Below, piece after piece: positions 8,826 to 17,190 of a stretch of DNA of 20,000 bases. Location of the stretch: IMG/VR virus record IMGVR_UViG_3300032116_000127. One strand, given 5' to 3'. Both the position numbers and the translations under genes were made by a program. Position 1 is the stretch's first letter; every line of letters starts with the position of its first letter. Source of the DNA: an uncultured virus (IMG/VR IMGVR_UViG_3300032116_000127) (lineage: Duplodnaviria; Heunggongvirae; Uroviricota; Caudoviricetes). Under the pieces are notes generated by a model. It did not search any database, was not told the DNA's origin, and worked only from the letters and a program-made list of their open reading frames with translations.

Positions 8826-11783
8826 TTATTTAACCTCTGATATTAAAGAGAAACCATCCGATACTTTTAAATGGTCTCTCATAGTAAATGTTTCGAATCT
8901 ATTTCCTGCATATTTCCATGAACAATGCAACCAAACTGATTTTTTACCTGCATACGATAATACTATACGATCAAATCCATAAGGTAAAGATAAAACTAAA
9001 TCTATTGCTGCTTGATAATGTTGAGCACGATTCCAACTTGAGAATATAATATCAACAGCTTCACCTGTGTAATGTTGAGATGTTTCAGGAGATCCTGCTT
9101 GAATTTGATTATTTCTATATCCATTTACAATTAAAACGTTTTTGAATAAATCTTTCATTGGTTCAATAAGATATGTTGCCATTCCTTTTAAATTACAAAC
9201 TATTTGTTTTGGTTCTACTCCCATTTGTGATATAATAGGAATACCACCATTTCGATTTAATGCTCCTAATTGAACACGAGCAGATAATTGTAAGCTAGGT
9301 TCGTAATTAGTTAAACCATAAATGTATTCACATTTTTGTTCTGCTGTTGCTATTTCTGATTTAACTGTTGGTACAGTTTTAACAGAAACATTACCTAAAT
9401 CTAAATTTTTACGAATATATAAACCACGTTGTATTTGTCGTTCACGATGAGTTTGGGCATCTCCTTCATCAGGAACTTCATAAACAAAATACTCTCTTGC
9501 TGAACGTGAATTAACTTGTAATTCAGGTATAACTGGCATTTGTGTATCAATAATTTCATTTGTTGTAATTGCTAATCCTGATGGAGTAAATCCATTGGCT
9601 ATTTCTACTTTACTACCATCTAATTCTAAAACTTGTGCTGCACCTAATGTAGCCATTCCTTTTGACTCCATACGTATTTGTCCAGCAACTAATCTAAATT
9701 CACCACCAACATTTAAATTCATATCACCAGCAACTGTGACTTTGCAATCATTATTGATTACAACTTCTCCTGGACCATCTATTCTTATTTTTGCTCCAGC
9801 TTTAAGCACTGCATTTAATTCACCATAAACTGTTAAATTTTTTGTACCACCAACTAATTCATATGTATTTCTTTCACTCAATTGATAACGATCTCCTACT
9901 ACACGATCAGTTAATGTACCATTATGATCCCATTCCATCCAACTTCCACGTTTATGGAATATATTAATTCTTTCAGCATTTGGTGTGTCATCTAATTCAA
10001 ATACATGTCCCCTTTCAGTTTCAACAACTTTATTAAATGGATATTCTGCATTATAAGGTATTTCAGATTGATCCCAAGTATCATAATTAAATCTTTCAAT
10101 ACCTAATGCTCTTGCTGATTCTTTTACATAGACTGAAGTTTTATCTATATTCTCGTGACGTGCTAATCTTGATGTATCTGGTTCATTCACATATTCTAAG
10201 TATCCTGAAGCAACACCAAAAGATCCTGATGCTGGATTTGAAACTAGACCAGCATTACCAAAATCACCATTATCAGAAATTGGTTTTACATATGCAGTGT
10301 TTTCATCAAATAATGTTCCTCCCAAATTTGGATAACCAACAGAAGTAAATTTACTTGCTGCAGCTGATCGTCTTGCTTTTTTAGTTGATGATTTACCACC
10401 AAATAATGAACCACCTATTCCACCTAAATTAAAACCACCAAATCCTCCGAATAAATTTGTTACATTACCAGAAGTTATATTTGCTACAGCAGAAGAAATA
10501 TTTCCACTTACACCACCTAATACATTTGTGACTGTAGCACCAATATCTGTTGTGTTTAAAACATTTGATATATTTGAAATACCAGTTGAACTATTTAAAA
10601 TGTTTCCAATACCTGAATCTGATAACACATTTGATATATTTGAAAGAGTGCCATCTGCTATATTAGTTAAATTTGAAGTTATTGATTCAGCATCTCCTCC
10701 TAAATTATTTAAAAGATTTCCTGATATGTTTTGAACTGATCCAGTAATAGTTCCTGTTAAATCTGTTCCTGCTGTTAAGTTTGAGAATAATTCTTTTCCT
10801 GTTGTAATAGAAGAATCTAAAGATGCTGATGTAACACCACCTAATATGTTATCAAAACTTTTTTCATTTGCTATTCCTTGAATAGCACCTGCTGCTCCTT
10901 GATAGTCTAATGAATTGATTAATTTAGGGATTGACGAATTAGAAAAATTTTCTACACCGATATCTGATGCTACGTTTAATAAAGAATCAAACATTTCTTG
11001 ATTGACTGGTGCTCTTACAACACTTGTAAGTTTATCAGCCACATCTGTTTGTAAATAGTTTTTAAATTCTTTTTCAGCAGTTTCTTTATCTATACTTCCT
11101 GGATAAGAAGTTGTGACTGGTTTTCCTTGATATGTGTCTTGTCCATATCCAATTACAGTTTTAATTACTTTACCAGATGCGTCTGTAATCGGAACAGCAA
11201 CATCAGTGAATGAAGTATTTTTTATAATTTCTTTTACACTATCATCTGTGACAGAGAAAGTAGAAAGAGGTCTTGCTTTTTCTATTTCTAAATCTCCTTT
11301 TAATAAAGCTTTAGAATCTTCAGATACTTGTGCTGATGTTTCAACATCACCACCACTTCTCGTAGCAGCAGCATTAATGATATTTACATTTGAATCTATT
11401 TGTCCTGAAACAAGTTTTGAAACACCATCAGAACCAATCTTTACTGCTGTGTTTATATTTCCTTTTCTATCAGATGGTTTAAGAACTAAAGAATTATTTT
11501 GATTTTGAGGAACACCTGCAAGTGTACCAAGTATCACTGGTGTTTGATCATCTTTATCAGTAAATGTAACAAGAACTATGCTTCCTAAAACTATTCCTGT
11601 TGGTGATACACCAATACCAGCACTTGCTGCTGAATTGATTGGCGATATAGGCATAGCCCATGGTAAATCTATTGTAGGGAGTATTGCAGGGTTTTCGTCA
11701 TGAACACCCATCACTCTTACTTGACATCTACCAAGTTTTAAAGGGTCATTTCTATTTTCAACTTTACCGATAAATATTTTCAT
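8826..11783 (-). CDS. gp5: baseplate central spike gp5: OB-fold, degenerate lysozyme-like domain, beta-helix and C-terminal peptidase M15 domain
   Basis: OB-fold GKVENRNDPLKLGRCQVRVMGVH..LPWA. YPFNKVVETERGHVFELDDTPNAERINIFHKRGS followed by VxG beta-helix repeats (aa ~580-730). C-terminal GYR...SQHYTGEAVD...WLHCS. SD GGAG and a TAATG overlap with the upstream gene. Confidence 0.92.
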   Translation of the reverse strand: MKIFIGKVENRNDPLKLGRCQVRVMGVHDENPAILPTIDLPWAMPISPINSAASAGIGVSPTGIVLGSIVLVTFTDKDDQTPVILGTLAGVPQNQNNSLVLKPSDRKGNINTAVKIGSDGVSKLVSGQIDSNVNIINAAATRSGGDVETSAQVSEDSKALLKGDLEIEKARPLSTFSVTDDSVKEIIKNTSFTDVAVPITDASGKVIKTVIGYGQDTYQGKPVTTSYPGSIDKETAEKEFKNYLQTDVADKLTSVVRAPVNQEMFDSLLNVASDIGVENFSNSSIPKLINSLDYQGAAGAIQGIANEKSFDNILGGVTSASLDSSITTGKELFSNLTAGTDLTGTITGSVQNISGNLLNNLGGDAESITSNLTNIADGTLSNISNVLSDSGIGNILNSSTGISNISNVLNTTDIGATVTNVLGGVSGNISSAVANITSGNVTNLFGGFGGFNLGGIGGSLFGGKSSTKKARRSAAASKFTSVGYPNLGGTLFDENTAYVKPISDNGDFGNAGLVSNPASGSFGVASGYLEYVNEPDTSRLARHENIDKTSVYVKESARALGIERFNYDTWDQSEIPYNAEYPFNKVVETERGHVFELDDTPNAERINIFHKRGSWMEWDHNGTLTDRVVGDRYQLSERNTYELVGGTKNLTVYGELNAVLKAGAKIRIDGPGEVVINNDCKVTVAGDMNLNVGGEFRLVAGQIRMESKGMATLGAAQVLELDGSKVEIANGFTPSGLAITTNEIIDTQMPVIPELQVNSRSAREYFVYEVPDEGDAQTHRERQIQRGLYIRKNLDLGNVSVKTVPTVKSEIATAEQKCEYIYGLTNYEPSLQLSARVQLGALNRNGGIPIISQMGVEPKQIVCNLKGMATYLIEPMKDLFKNVLIVNGYRNNQIQAGSPETSQHYTGEAVDIIFSSWNRAQHYQAAIDLVLSLPYGFDRIVLSYAGKKSVWLHCSWKYAGNRFETFTMRDHLKVSDGFSLISEVK

Positions 11784-13045
11784 TATGCTAATTCTCCAAT
11801 ACCTTGTGATAAACTATCTTTAATTAATTCTAAAGTACAAGTATGTTTATTTCCAGCTACAACGTGTTTAACTGCTGATATTAAATATTTACCAGTGTAT
11901 GTTGGATCTACTAAATCATTTGACTTATCATTAACAGTTTCTATTCTAAATGTTTTTAATGAAATAACTTTACCAACTGTGTAATCTGTTCTTCCGAGAG
12001 TTTCAACTCTTAATTTAAACCCTTGTGTGTTTGCGAGTGCTGATAATCTAAAAAGAAATTTATCACTATTTGATACGTCATCAAAACCATTATGCATAGC
12101 TGTATGTTTTATTTTATTATATACTAGACTATCTGGAGCAGAAACAATCTCTGTGCTATTTAATGGAAATTTATTTAAGTGTGGTATTTTATTAAATTCT
12201 TCTTGATAAGAAAAATATTGTCTTTTAAATCTTTTTGTTACCATATCATAACTTGTAAGATTAGAAGTGAACATACCTTTAGAAAGTCTATCTATAAAAT
12301 CGAACCCACTTGGCATAGACATTGTAATAATACGTTTATAATCTTGTTCAACATCACGTACAGTATCACCTACATTAGTTGTTGTTCTTTCGTAGTTGTC
12401 GAATATAAAATCTTGAATAGGATTTCCTTGATATAAAGTATGAAGTGAAACAAAATTAAATCCTTCTCTATTTTCAAAAAATAGATAAGATGATATTCCA
12501 TCTTTATTTACACTTTTTTCAGCTACATAATTAATTGCTTTAACAGGAGACCAATTATTACAAACAAATTTTATACCATTAATTGTATCTTCTATATTAA
12601 TTGGTTTTTCTGTTTGAACGCCAGATTTATCTTTAGCGATTAAACGAAAAGCTATATCAGAACAAAAACCAGACCAAGCATTATTCAAACGAATATTTAA
12701 ATCGTTTATAGCATCTATTGAAATAAAATGTAAAGTATATCCTGATAACTTATCTCTTATTGCTACTTTTTCAGAACACTTAAATACATAAAATCTTCCT
12801 TTAATTCTTTTCTCAAATCCAGGAGTAGTTATATCTAAAATTAAAAATTCTTCTCCAATCAATGGAAGATTATTAATTAAATCAAATGATTCTGAGATTG
12901 TAATAGTTCCTGTAATAAAAGGAGAGAATAGATCTTCGTAAATTTCTACTTCATTAAAAAGAGCAATTAAACTAACTGTAGAATATTTACCAACTAGATC
13001 TATTTGTTTTGTTTCTACATCACCTGCGTATGATATTTTATTCAT
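11783..13045 (-). CDS. baseplate hub protein (gp27 / Mu gp44-like)
   Basis: Located between gp53 and gp5. IYEDLFSPFITGTITISES..LPLIGEE, YLFFENREGFNFVSL and C-terminal GKYLISAVKHVV..TLELIKDS are typical of hub-fold proteins. Confidence 0.65.
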   Translation of the reverse strand: MNKISYAGDVETKQIDLVGKYSTVSLIALFNEVEIYEDLFSPFITGTITISESFDLINNLPLIGEEFLILDITTPGFEKRIKGRFYVFKCSEKVAIRDKLSGYTLHFISIDAINDLNIRLNNAWSGFCSDIAFRLIAKDKSGVQTEKPINIEDTINGIKFVCNNWSPVKAINYVAEKSVNKDGISSYLFFENREGFNFVSLHTLYQGNPIQDFIFDNYERTTTNVGDTVRDVEQDYKRIITMSMPSGFDFIDRLSKGMFTSNLTSYDMVTKRFKRQYFSYQEEFNKIPHLNKFPLNSTEIVSAPDSLVYNKIKHTAMHNGFDDVSNSDKFLFRLSALANTQGFKLRVETLGRTDYTVGKVISLKTFRIETVNDKSNDLVDPTYTGKYLISAVKHVVAGNKHTCTLELIKDSLSQGIGELA

Positions 13046-13054
13046 AATTTTATT

Positions 13055-13570
13055 TTACACTAAAGTTTGACCATTAGCATCACTCATTAAATCATTTAAC
13101 TCTTGAACAACAGTGTTAATAAGTGCTGGTGCTATAATTTTAATTCTTCGTTTAGCTTCATTTTGTTCTACTTCATATTCTTTATTTGTAATTCCTACAG
13201 CACCAATTACATTACTATCAACTACATATCCATCTTTTCTATATTCTTTAATTTGGTTTTGTGTTCCAGGATATTTTTTATTTACGTATGACATCAACTC
13301 ATTATATGATAAAGGAAAATCATTATACATATTATAACGATTATTTACTAGCATAATCACCCAATGTAATGTAGCATCTTTATAAAACTTTTCAGCAATA
13401 ATTTCAGGTGTTTCTCCCTCACGTATATCATAACTTTCCCATATAGTTATATTAGAAAGTGCTGCTTTTCTTATTCTAACATTTGCTGTTATATCTGTGA
13501 CTACTTTAAACACATCTACGTTTTTTTCTCGTAGTGTATAATATATTTTTGGAAATTTTTTAAAGTACAT
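13055..13570 (-). CDS. gp53: baseplate wedge subunit gp53 (LysM-like)
   Basis: MYFKKFPKIYY, YDIREGETPEIIAEKFYKDATLHWVIMLVN and TNKEYEVEQNEAKRRIKII. Strong SD AGGAG. Confidence 0.92.
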   Translation of the reverse strand: MYFKKFPKIYYTLREKNVDVFKVVTDITANVRIRKAALSNITIWESYDIREGETPEIIAEKFYKDATLHWVIMLVNNRYNMYNDFPLSYNELMSYVNKKYPGTQNQIKEYRKDGYVVDSNVIGAVGITNKEYEVEQNEAKRRIKIIAPALINTVVQELNDLMSDANGQTLV

Positions 13571-13581
13571 TATTATCTCCT

Positions 13582-14754
13582 CTAAAATGTGTCAGACTGC
13601 CCACCAAAATTTCTGACAGCACTAGTTGTATTTCTTTGTCGAACTTCACCCATATCTTCTAAAGCTTCTTTTGTAATAATTGAAACTTCTTTAAAATTCA
13701 TTGTAGCTTGATATGATGTTGGTGAACCATTAGGGAATGATGAAAATTGACCATTTGGTGAATAATTAACAGACATTGATTCTAATACAGCTGATCTGTG
13801 TTTATGTATAAATTTATTTTCTTGTCCTCTATGCATAAAGAATATATCAAATTCTGCTGGATATTCAAATAGGAAGCCAGCTTCATCTTTAAAATTAGGA
13901 TGCATGTGATATTTTAATTCATCAAGTATTCTTTTAACGTTTTCTGATTCTTCTTCACTACGAGGATAAAAATCGTATGTGTAGCTAAATGTTCTAAAAG
14001 GAACTCCTTCAAATATTTGTTCTTTTTTTGGATTGGTAGCAACACCTGCTAGTTTTCCTATAATTTTTCCCGTGTCACCTAACACATTAAGTGCTTGTCC
14101 TTGTAATCCTCCACCAATTCCACTTTTTCCTATATTGTTAAAAACTTCTTTTCCTGCTCCTCCTGGACTTGTGATTAATGCTTCTAAACCTGCTGCTCCT
14201 GTATCAATCCCTCTCATTACTAAATCAGCAAGAGCTCCATCAGCTTCACCATAATTAACACCATAATTTATAGCAATATTATTTGGTATATGTAAAGCGA
14301 TAGCTGTTAATAATCTTTTTCTTGGTTTAGAAAAATCACCTCCTAATGATACACCTAATGCTCCTGCTAATCCAGCACCAACTGTTGCACCAGCTACACC
14401 ACCAGCTGCTCCTGCTGCGATTGCTCCTCCTCCACCACCTGCTAATCCACCAGCTAAAGCTATTGCTGAAACGATACTTTCTTTTTTTAGCAATCCTGAT
14501 GCTTTTACTCCTGATAATTCTTTTCCTACTCTTTTACTTATGTTTGGTATTATTGATTGTTGTTCATCTGCTCTTGTAAATTTAGAATCTGATGTGACGT
14601 TAATATAAATCATCATATATTGACCACCATATTCATTTTTATTCGGATCTACTGATAATAAATCAGTTGGATACATGTATTGTTTTGTGCGATAAACTGA
14701 ATCGCCGTAATCGCCAAAATTAGCTGTTGGAGTGGTAGAATTTAAAATAGACAT
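13582..14754 (-). CDS. gp48: baseplate tail tube cap gp48
   Basis: IALHIPNNI, NPKKEQIFEGVPFRTFSYTYDFYPRSEEE, YPAEFDI and VLESMSVNYSPNG..GSPTSYQATMNFKE. Confidence 0.88.
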   Translation of the reverse strand: MSILNSTTPTANFGDYGDSVYRTKQYMYPTDLLSVDPNKNEYGGQYMMIYINVTSDSKFTRADEQQSIIPNISKRVGKELSGVKASGLLKKESIVSAIALAGGLAGGGGGAIAAGAAGGVAGATVGAGLAGALGVSLGGDFSKPRKRLLTAIALHIPNNIAINYGVNYGEADGALADLVMRGIDTGAAGLEALITSPGGAGKEVFNNIGKSGIGGGLQGQALNVLGDTGKIIGKLAGVATNPKKEQIFEGVPFRTFSYTYDFYPRSEEESENVKRILDELKYHMHPNFKDEAGFLFEYPAEFDIFFMHRGQENKFIHKHRSAVLESMSVNYSPNGQFSSFPNGSPTSYQATMNFKEVSIITKEALEDMGEVRQRNTTSAVRNFGGQSDTF

Positions 14755-14761
14755 ATAAATA
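14754..14761 (+). promoter_or_regulatory. T4 late promoter consensus TATAAATA driving the plus-strand operon
   Basis: Exact TATAAATA in the divergent junction, 18 nt upstream of the gp4 ATG. Confidence 0.75.
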
Positions 14762-14779
14762 GTTGAGTCCTTATTAATT

Positions 14780-15229
14780 ATGTTTCACACTAGAAGATAT
14801 AAACCAATATTCCCTGAAAAGTATGTAGGCGATCCTACATCAATCTATTTACGTTCATCTTGGGAAACAAGATTCGCTCTTTGGTGCGACAAAAATCCAG
14901 CAGTAGTTTCTTGGAAGAGTGAGGAAGTTGTTATACCCTATCGCTCTCCTATTGATAAAAGAATACATAGATATTTCGTTGACTTTTCAGTCACTATTAA
15001 AGATAAAGAAACTAATACTCTTAAGACTTATTTAGTTGAAATCAAACCATATTCTCAAACTATTCAGCCTGAATATCCTGGAAGCCAAACACGTAGGTAT
15101 TTGAAAGAATGTCACAGTTTCATAGTTAATTCAGCTAAATGGAAAGCTGCAAAAGAGTATGCTTTAGATCGTAATCAAAAGTTCATTATTTTAACAGAAA
15201 AAGAATTAGGATTAGATAATAGTAAATAA
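14780..15229 (+). CDS. gp4: head completion protein gp4 (TnsA-like nuclease fold)
   Basis: PEKYVGDPTSIYLRSSWETRF..WCDKNP..WKSEEVVIPY..HRYFVDF..LVEIKP..NSAKWKAA..FIILTEKEL. Confidence 0.92.
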   Translation: MFHTRRYKPIFPEKYVGDPTSIYLRSSWETRFALWCDKNPAVVSWKSEEVVIPYRSPIDKRIHRYFVDFSVTIKDKETNTLKTYLVEIKPYSQTIQPEYPGSQTRRYLKECHSFIVNSAKWKAAKEYALDRNQKFIILTEKELGLDNSK

Positions 15230-15232
15230 ATA
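15225..15232 (+). promoter_or_regulatory. putative T4-type late promoter (AATAAATA) directly upstream of gp2
   Basis: AATAAATA-GTAAT-ATG. No SD present. Confidence 0.55.
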
Positions 15233-15237
15233 GTAAT

Positions 15238-15831
15238 ATGGCTCCAGTAAGACAAACAGCTCAGGACATTTTCAACAAATATGGTCAAGATAAGACCATA
15301 TTAACGAAGTCATTAAACTGGTTTCAAAGGGAAACTGCAAAATTAAGAACTGCTCGTATTCAGCCACAATCTTTGTTAAGACCAGACAGTAAGAATCGTA
15401 CATCAACTGTAATGGTTCCAGGAAACTTGTATATGTATTTTTACGATGCAAAGTTAAAAGAACAATTACCATATTATGATATGTTTCCTTTAGTATTTCC
15501 ATTCTCAACTACTGATAAAGGATTTACTGGATTGAATATGCATTATCTACCATATCAATTAAGAGTAAGATTATTAGATAGATTATTAGAATATGCGAAT
15601 AATAAAAAATATGATGAAACAACTCGAATACGTTATAGCTGGGCGACTATAAGATCGGCGAGTAAATTTGTTTTAGCAAAGCCCTGTGTGCATTCATACT
15701 TATATGATCACATACAATCAACAATGTTAAGAGTCTCTCCTGAGAATTGGTTTACAGTTATGATGTTGCCTGTGGAAAGATTTACAGTAAACAAATCAAA
15801 TGTTTGGGCAGACAGTATAGGAAAAATTTAA
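15238..15831 (+). CDS. gp2: DNA end protector protein gp2
   Basis: GNLYMYFYDAKLKEQLPYYDMFPLVF..GFTGLNMHYLP..KPCVHSYL..LPVERF..VWADS. Confidence 0.92.
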   Translation: MAPVRQTAQDIFNKYGQDKTILTKSLNWFQRETAKLRTARIQPQSLLRPDSKNRTSTVMVPGNLYMYFYDAKLKEQLPYYDMFPLVFPFSTTDKGFTGLNMHYLPYQLRVRLLDRLLEYANNKKYDETTRIRYSWATIRSASKFVLAKPCVHSYLYDHIQSTMLRVSPENWFTVMMLPVERFTVNKSNVWADSIGKI

Positions 15832-16730
15832 TGTCAATTTTAGATATATTCGGATTATCAAGAGCAGAAGCACCAACATCACCACAAGATATAAAAAGAT
15901 TTATTGCTGAGGTTAAAAAAGATGGTTTAAGTAGAACGAATCGTTTTGGTTGTACTGTTGATGCACCAAAGACTTTAAGAACAAACCCAGCATTCGCTGC
16001 AGCTGATTTTTACAGAAAGTTATTTTTATACTGTGAATCAATTAACATTCCTGGAGTAAATATATCTACAACTCCTGCTCGCACATTCGGCGAAACAAGA
16101 GAAATGCCTTATGAAAAAGTATTCGATCCAGTGACTGCAAATTATTACATAGATACAGGATTTAAAGTGAAAGCTTTCTTTGAAGCTTGGCAGGATTCAA
16201 TTCAAAATACAACAGATAGAACAATACAGTTTTATGAAAATTATGTAAGTACAGTTCATCTATTTGTAAATGATGTAGCAAATAATACAAGATACTTAGT
16301 TAAGCTACATGAAGCATATCCTAAAACAGTGCAGAGTATTAATTTGGCTCAAGGATCAAATGAAGTTGCAAAACTTAATGTGACTTTTGCTTATAAGTAT
16401 TTTACTACAAGTTTATATGCACCTCCTCCAAAACAAAATAAAGGGTGGATTCAATCTATATTAGAGGGAATACAAGGTATTGGTAATCAAGTATTAACTG
16501 ACCCTGCTGGTGTAATTGTAAATTCTTTACCAGTTGCAGCAAATTACTTTAGTGATTTTGCAGGATTTCAAGATACATTTACTGGATTAAGTAATTCAAT
16601 TAGTAATAATCGAACAAATCAGTTTGCACCACAATATGAACAAGCAACTCCTGAGATACTAGATGCGAGTGTTCGTTTTAGTCAAAAAACTTTAGATGGT
16701 ATGTTAGGAAGTACATTTAGATCAGTTTAA
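15831..16730 (+). CDS. gp54: baseplate tail-tube initiator gp54-like protein (tail tube fold), 299 aa
   Basis: GLSRTNRF, CESINIPG, FFEAWQDSI and LHEAYPKTVQSINL..LNVTFAYKYF. True start is probably ATG 15831, which overlaps the gp2 stop (TAATG), not 15747. Confidence 0.7.
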   Translation: MSILDIFGLSRAEAPTSPQDIKRFIAEVKKDGLSRTNRFGCTVDAPKTLRTNPAFAAADFYRKLFLYCESINIPGVNISTTPARTFGETREMPYEKVFDPVTANYYIDTGFKVKAFFEAWQDSIQNTTDRTIQFYENYVSTVHLFVNDVANNTRYLVKLHEAYPKTVQSINLAQGSNEVAKLNVTFAYKYFTTSLYAPPPKQNKGWIQSILEGIQGIGNQVLTDPAGVIVNSLPVAANYFSDFAGFQDTFTGLSNSISNNRTNQFAPQYEQATPEILDASVRFSQKTLDGMLGSTFRSV

Positions 16731-16745
16731 TTATAGGAATATAAA

Positions 16746-17186
16746 ATGTCTATCATAGATGATAAATTAAGTGAAGTGTTTAATAGTGAGAAATTAAAGG
16801 TCAGTGAACCAACTGAACCATTTACAAATTTGGAAGTAATTAATCCAAGAGAGATAGCAAATGAAAAAGAGAATACGATTGCTACTGATTTTAATACTTC
16901 TCGTGTTAATCTTCACAATCTTCTTATAAAAGGAGAAGAAGCATTAAAGCATTCACTCGAGATAGCAAAACAATCAGAGCATCCAAGAGCCTTTGAAGTT
17001 GTAGGTAATATGATAAAACAACTTGCTGATGTAAACCAGCAATTATTAGATTTACACAAACAACAAGCAGATGTAGGACGAATACAAAAGACAGATACAA
17101 AAACTGTAAACAATAATGTGTTTATAGGTTCTACGAATGAATTGAATAAGATAATTAAAAATTATAAAGAAACTGAAGGAGAATAA
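16746..17186 (+). CDS. gp16: terminase small subunit gp16
   Basis: DFNTSRVNLHNLLIKGEEAL..AKQSEHPRAFEVVGNMIKQLADVNQQLLDLHK..NNNVFIGSTNEL matches the T4-like gp16 signature (HPRAxEV; NNxFxGSTxEL). SD AGGA. Confidence 0.85.
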   Translation: MSIIDDKLSEVFNSEKLKVSEPTEPFTNLEVINPREIANEKENTIATDFNTSRVNLHNLLIKGEEALKHSLEIAKQSEHPRAFEVVGNMIKQLADVNQQLLDLHKQQADVGRIQKTDTKTVNNNVFIGSTNELNKIIKNYKETEGE

Positions 17187-17190
17187 TAAT

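Noticed and set aside
8823..8830. AATAAATA late-promoter-like word at the gp5/PAAR junction
   Set aside because: It is formed by the gp5 Lys-stop codons and overlaps the PAAR ATG, so it cannot transcribe that start and is probably coincidental.
8117..13570. Bacterial T6SS or extracellular contractile injection system (VgrG/PAAR/gp25-like genes)
   Set aside because: Head-related genes (gp2, gp4, gp16), T4 late promoter boxes and T4-type gp7/gp8 indicate a phage genome.
29..14579. Short plus-strand ORFs antisense to the baseplate genes (e.g. 955-1164, 2806-3003, 7612-7941, 11134-11502)
   Set aside because: Shadow ORFs opposite well-supported structural genes, with no recognisable motifs.
14780..15229. 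TnsA transposase / Tn7-like element
   Set aside because: The fold is shared with T4 gp4. Context next to gp2 and the absence of tnsB/C support head completion protein.
15747..15830. Upstream start for the gp54-like ORF given in the ORF track
   Set aside because: It would overlap gp2 by 85 nt. ATG 15831, coupled to the gp2 stop, is far more plausible.
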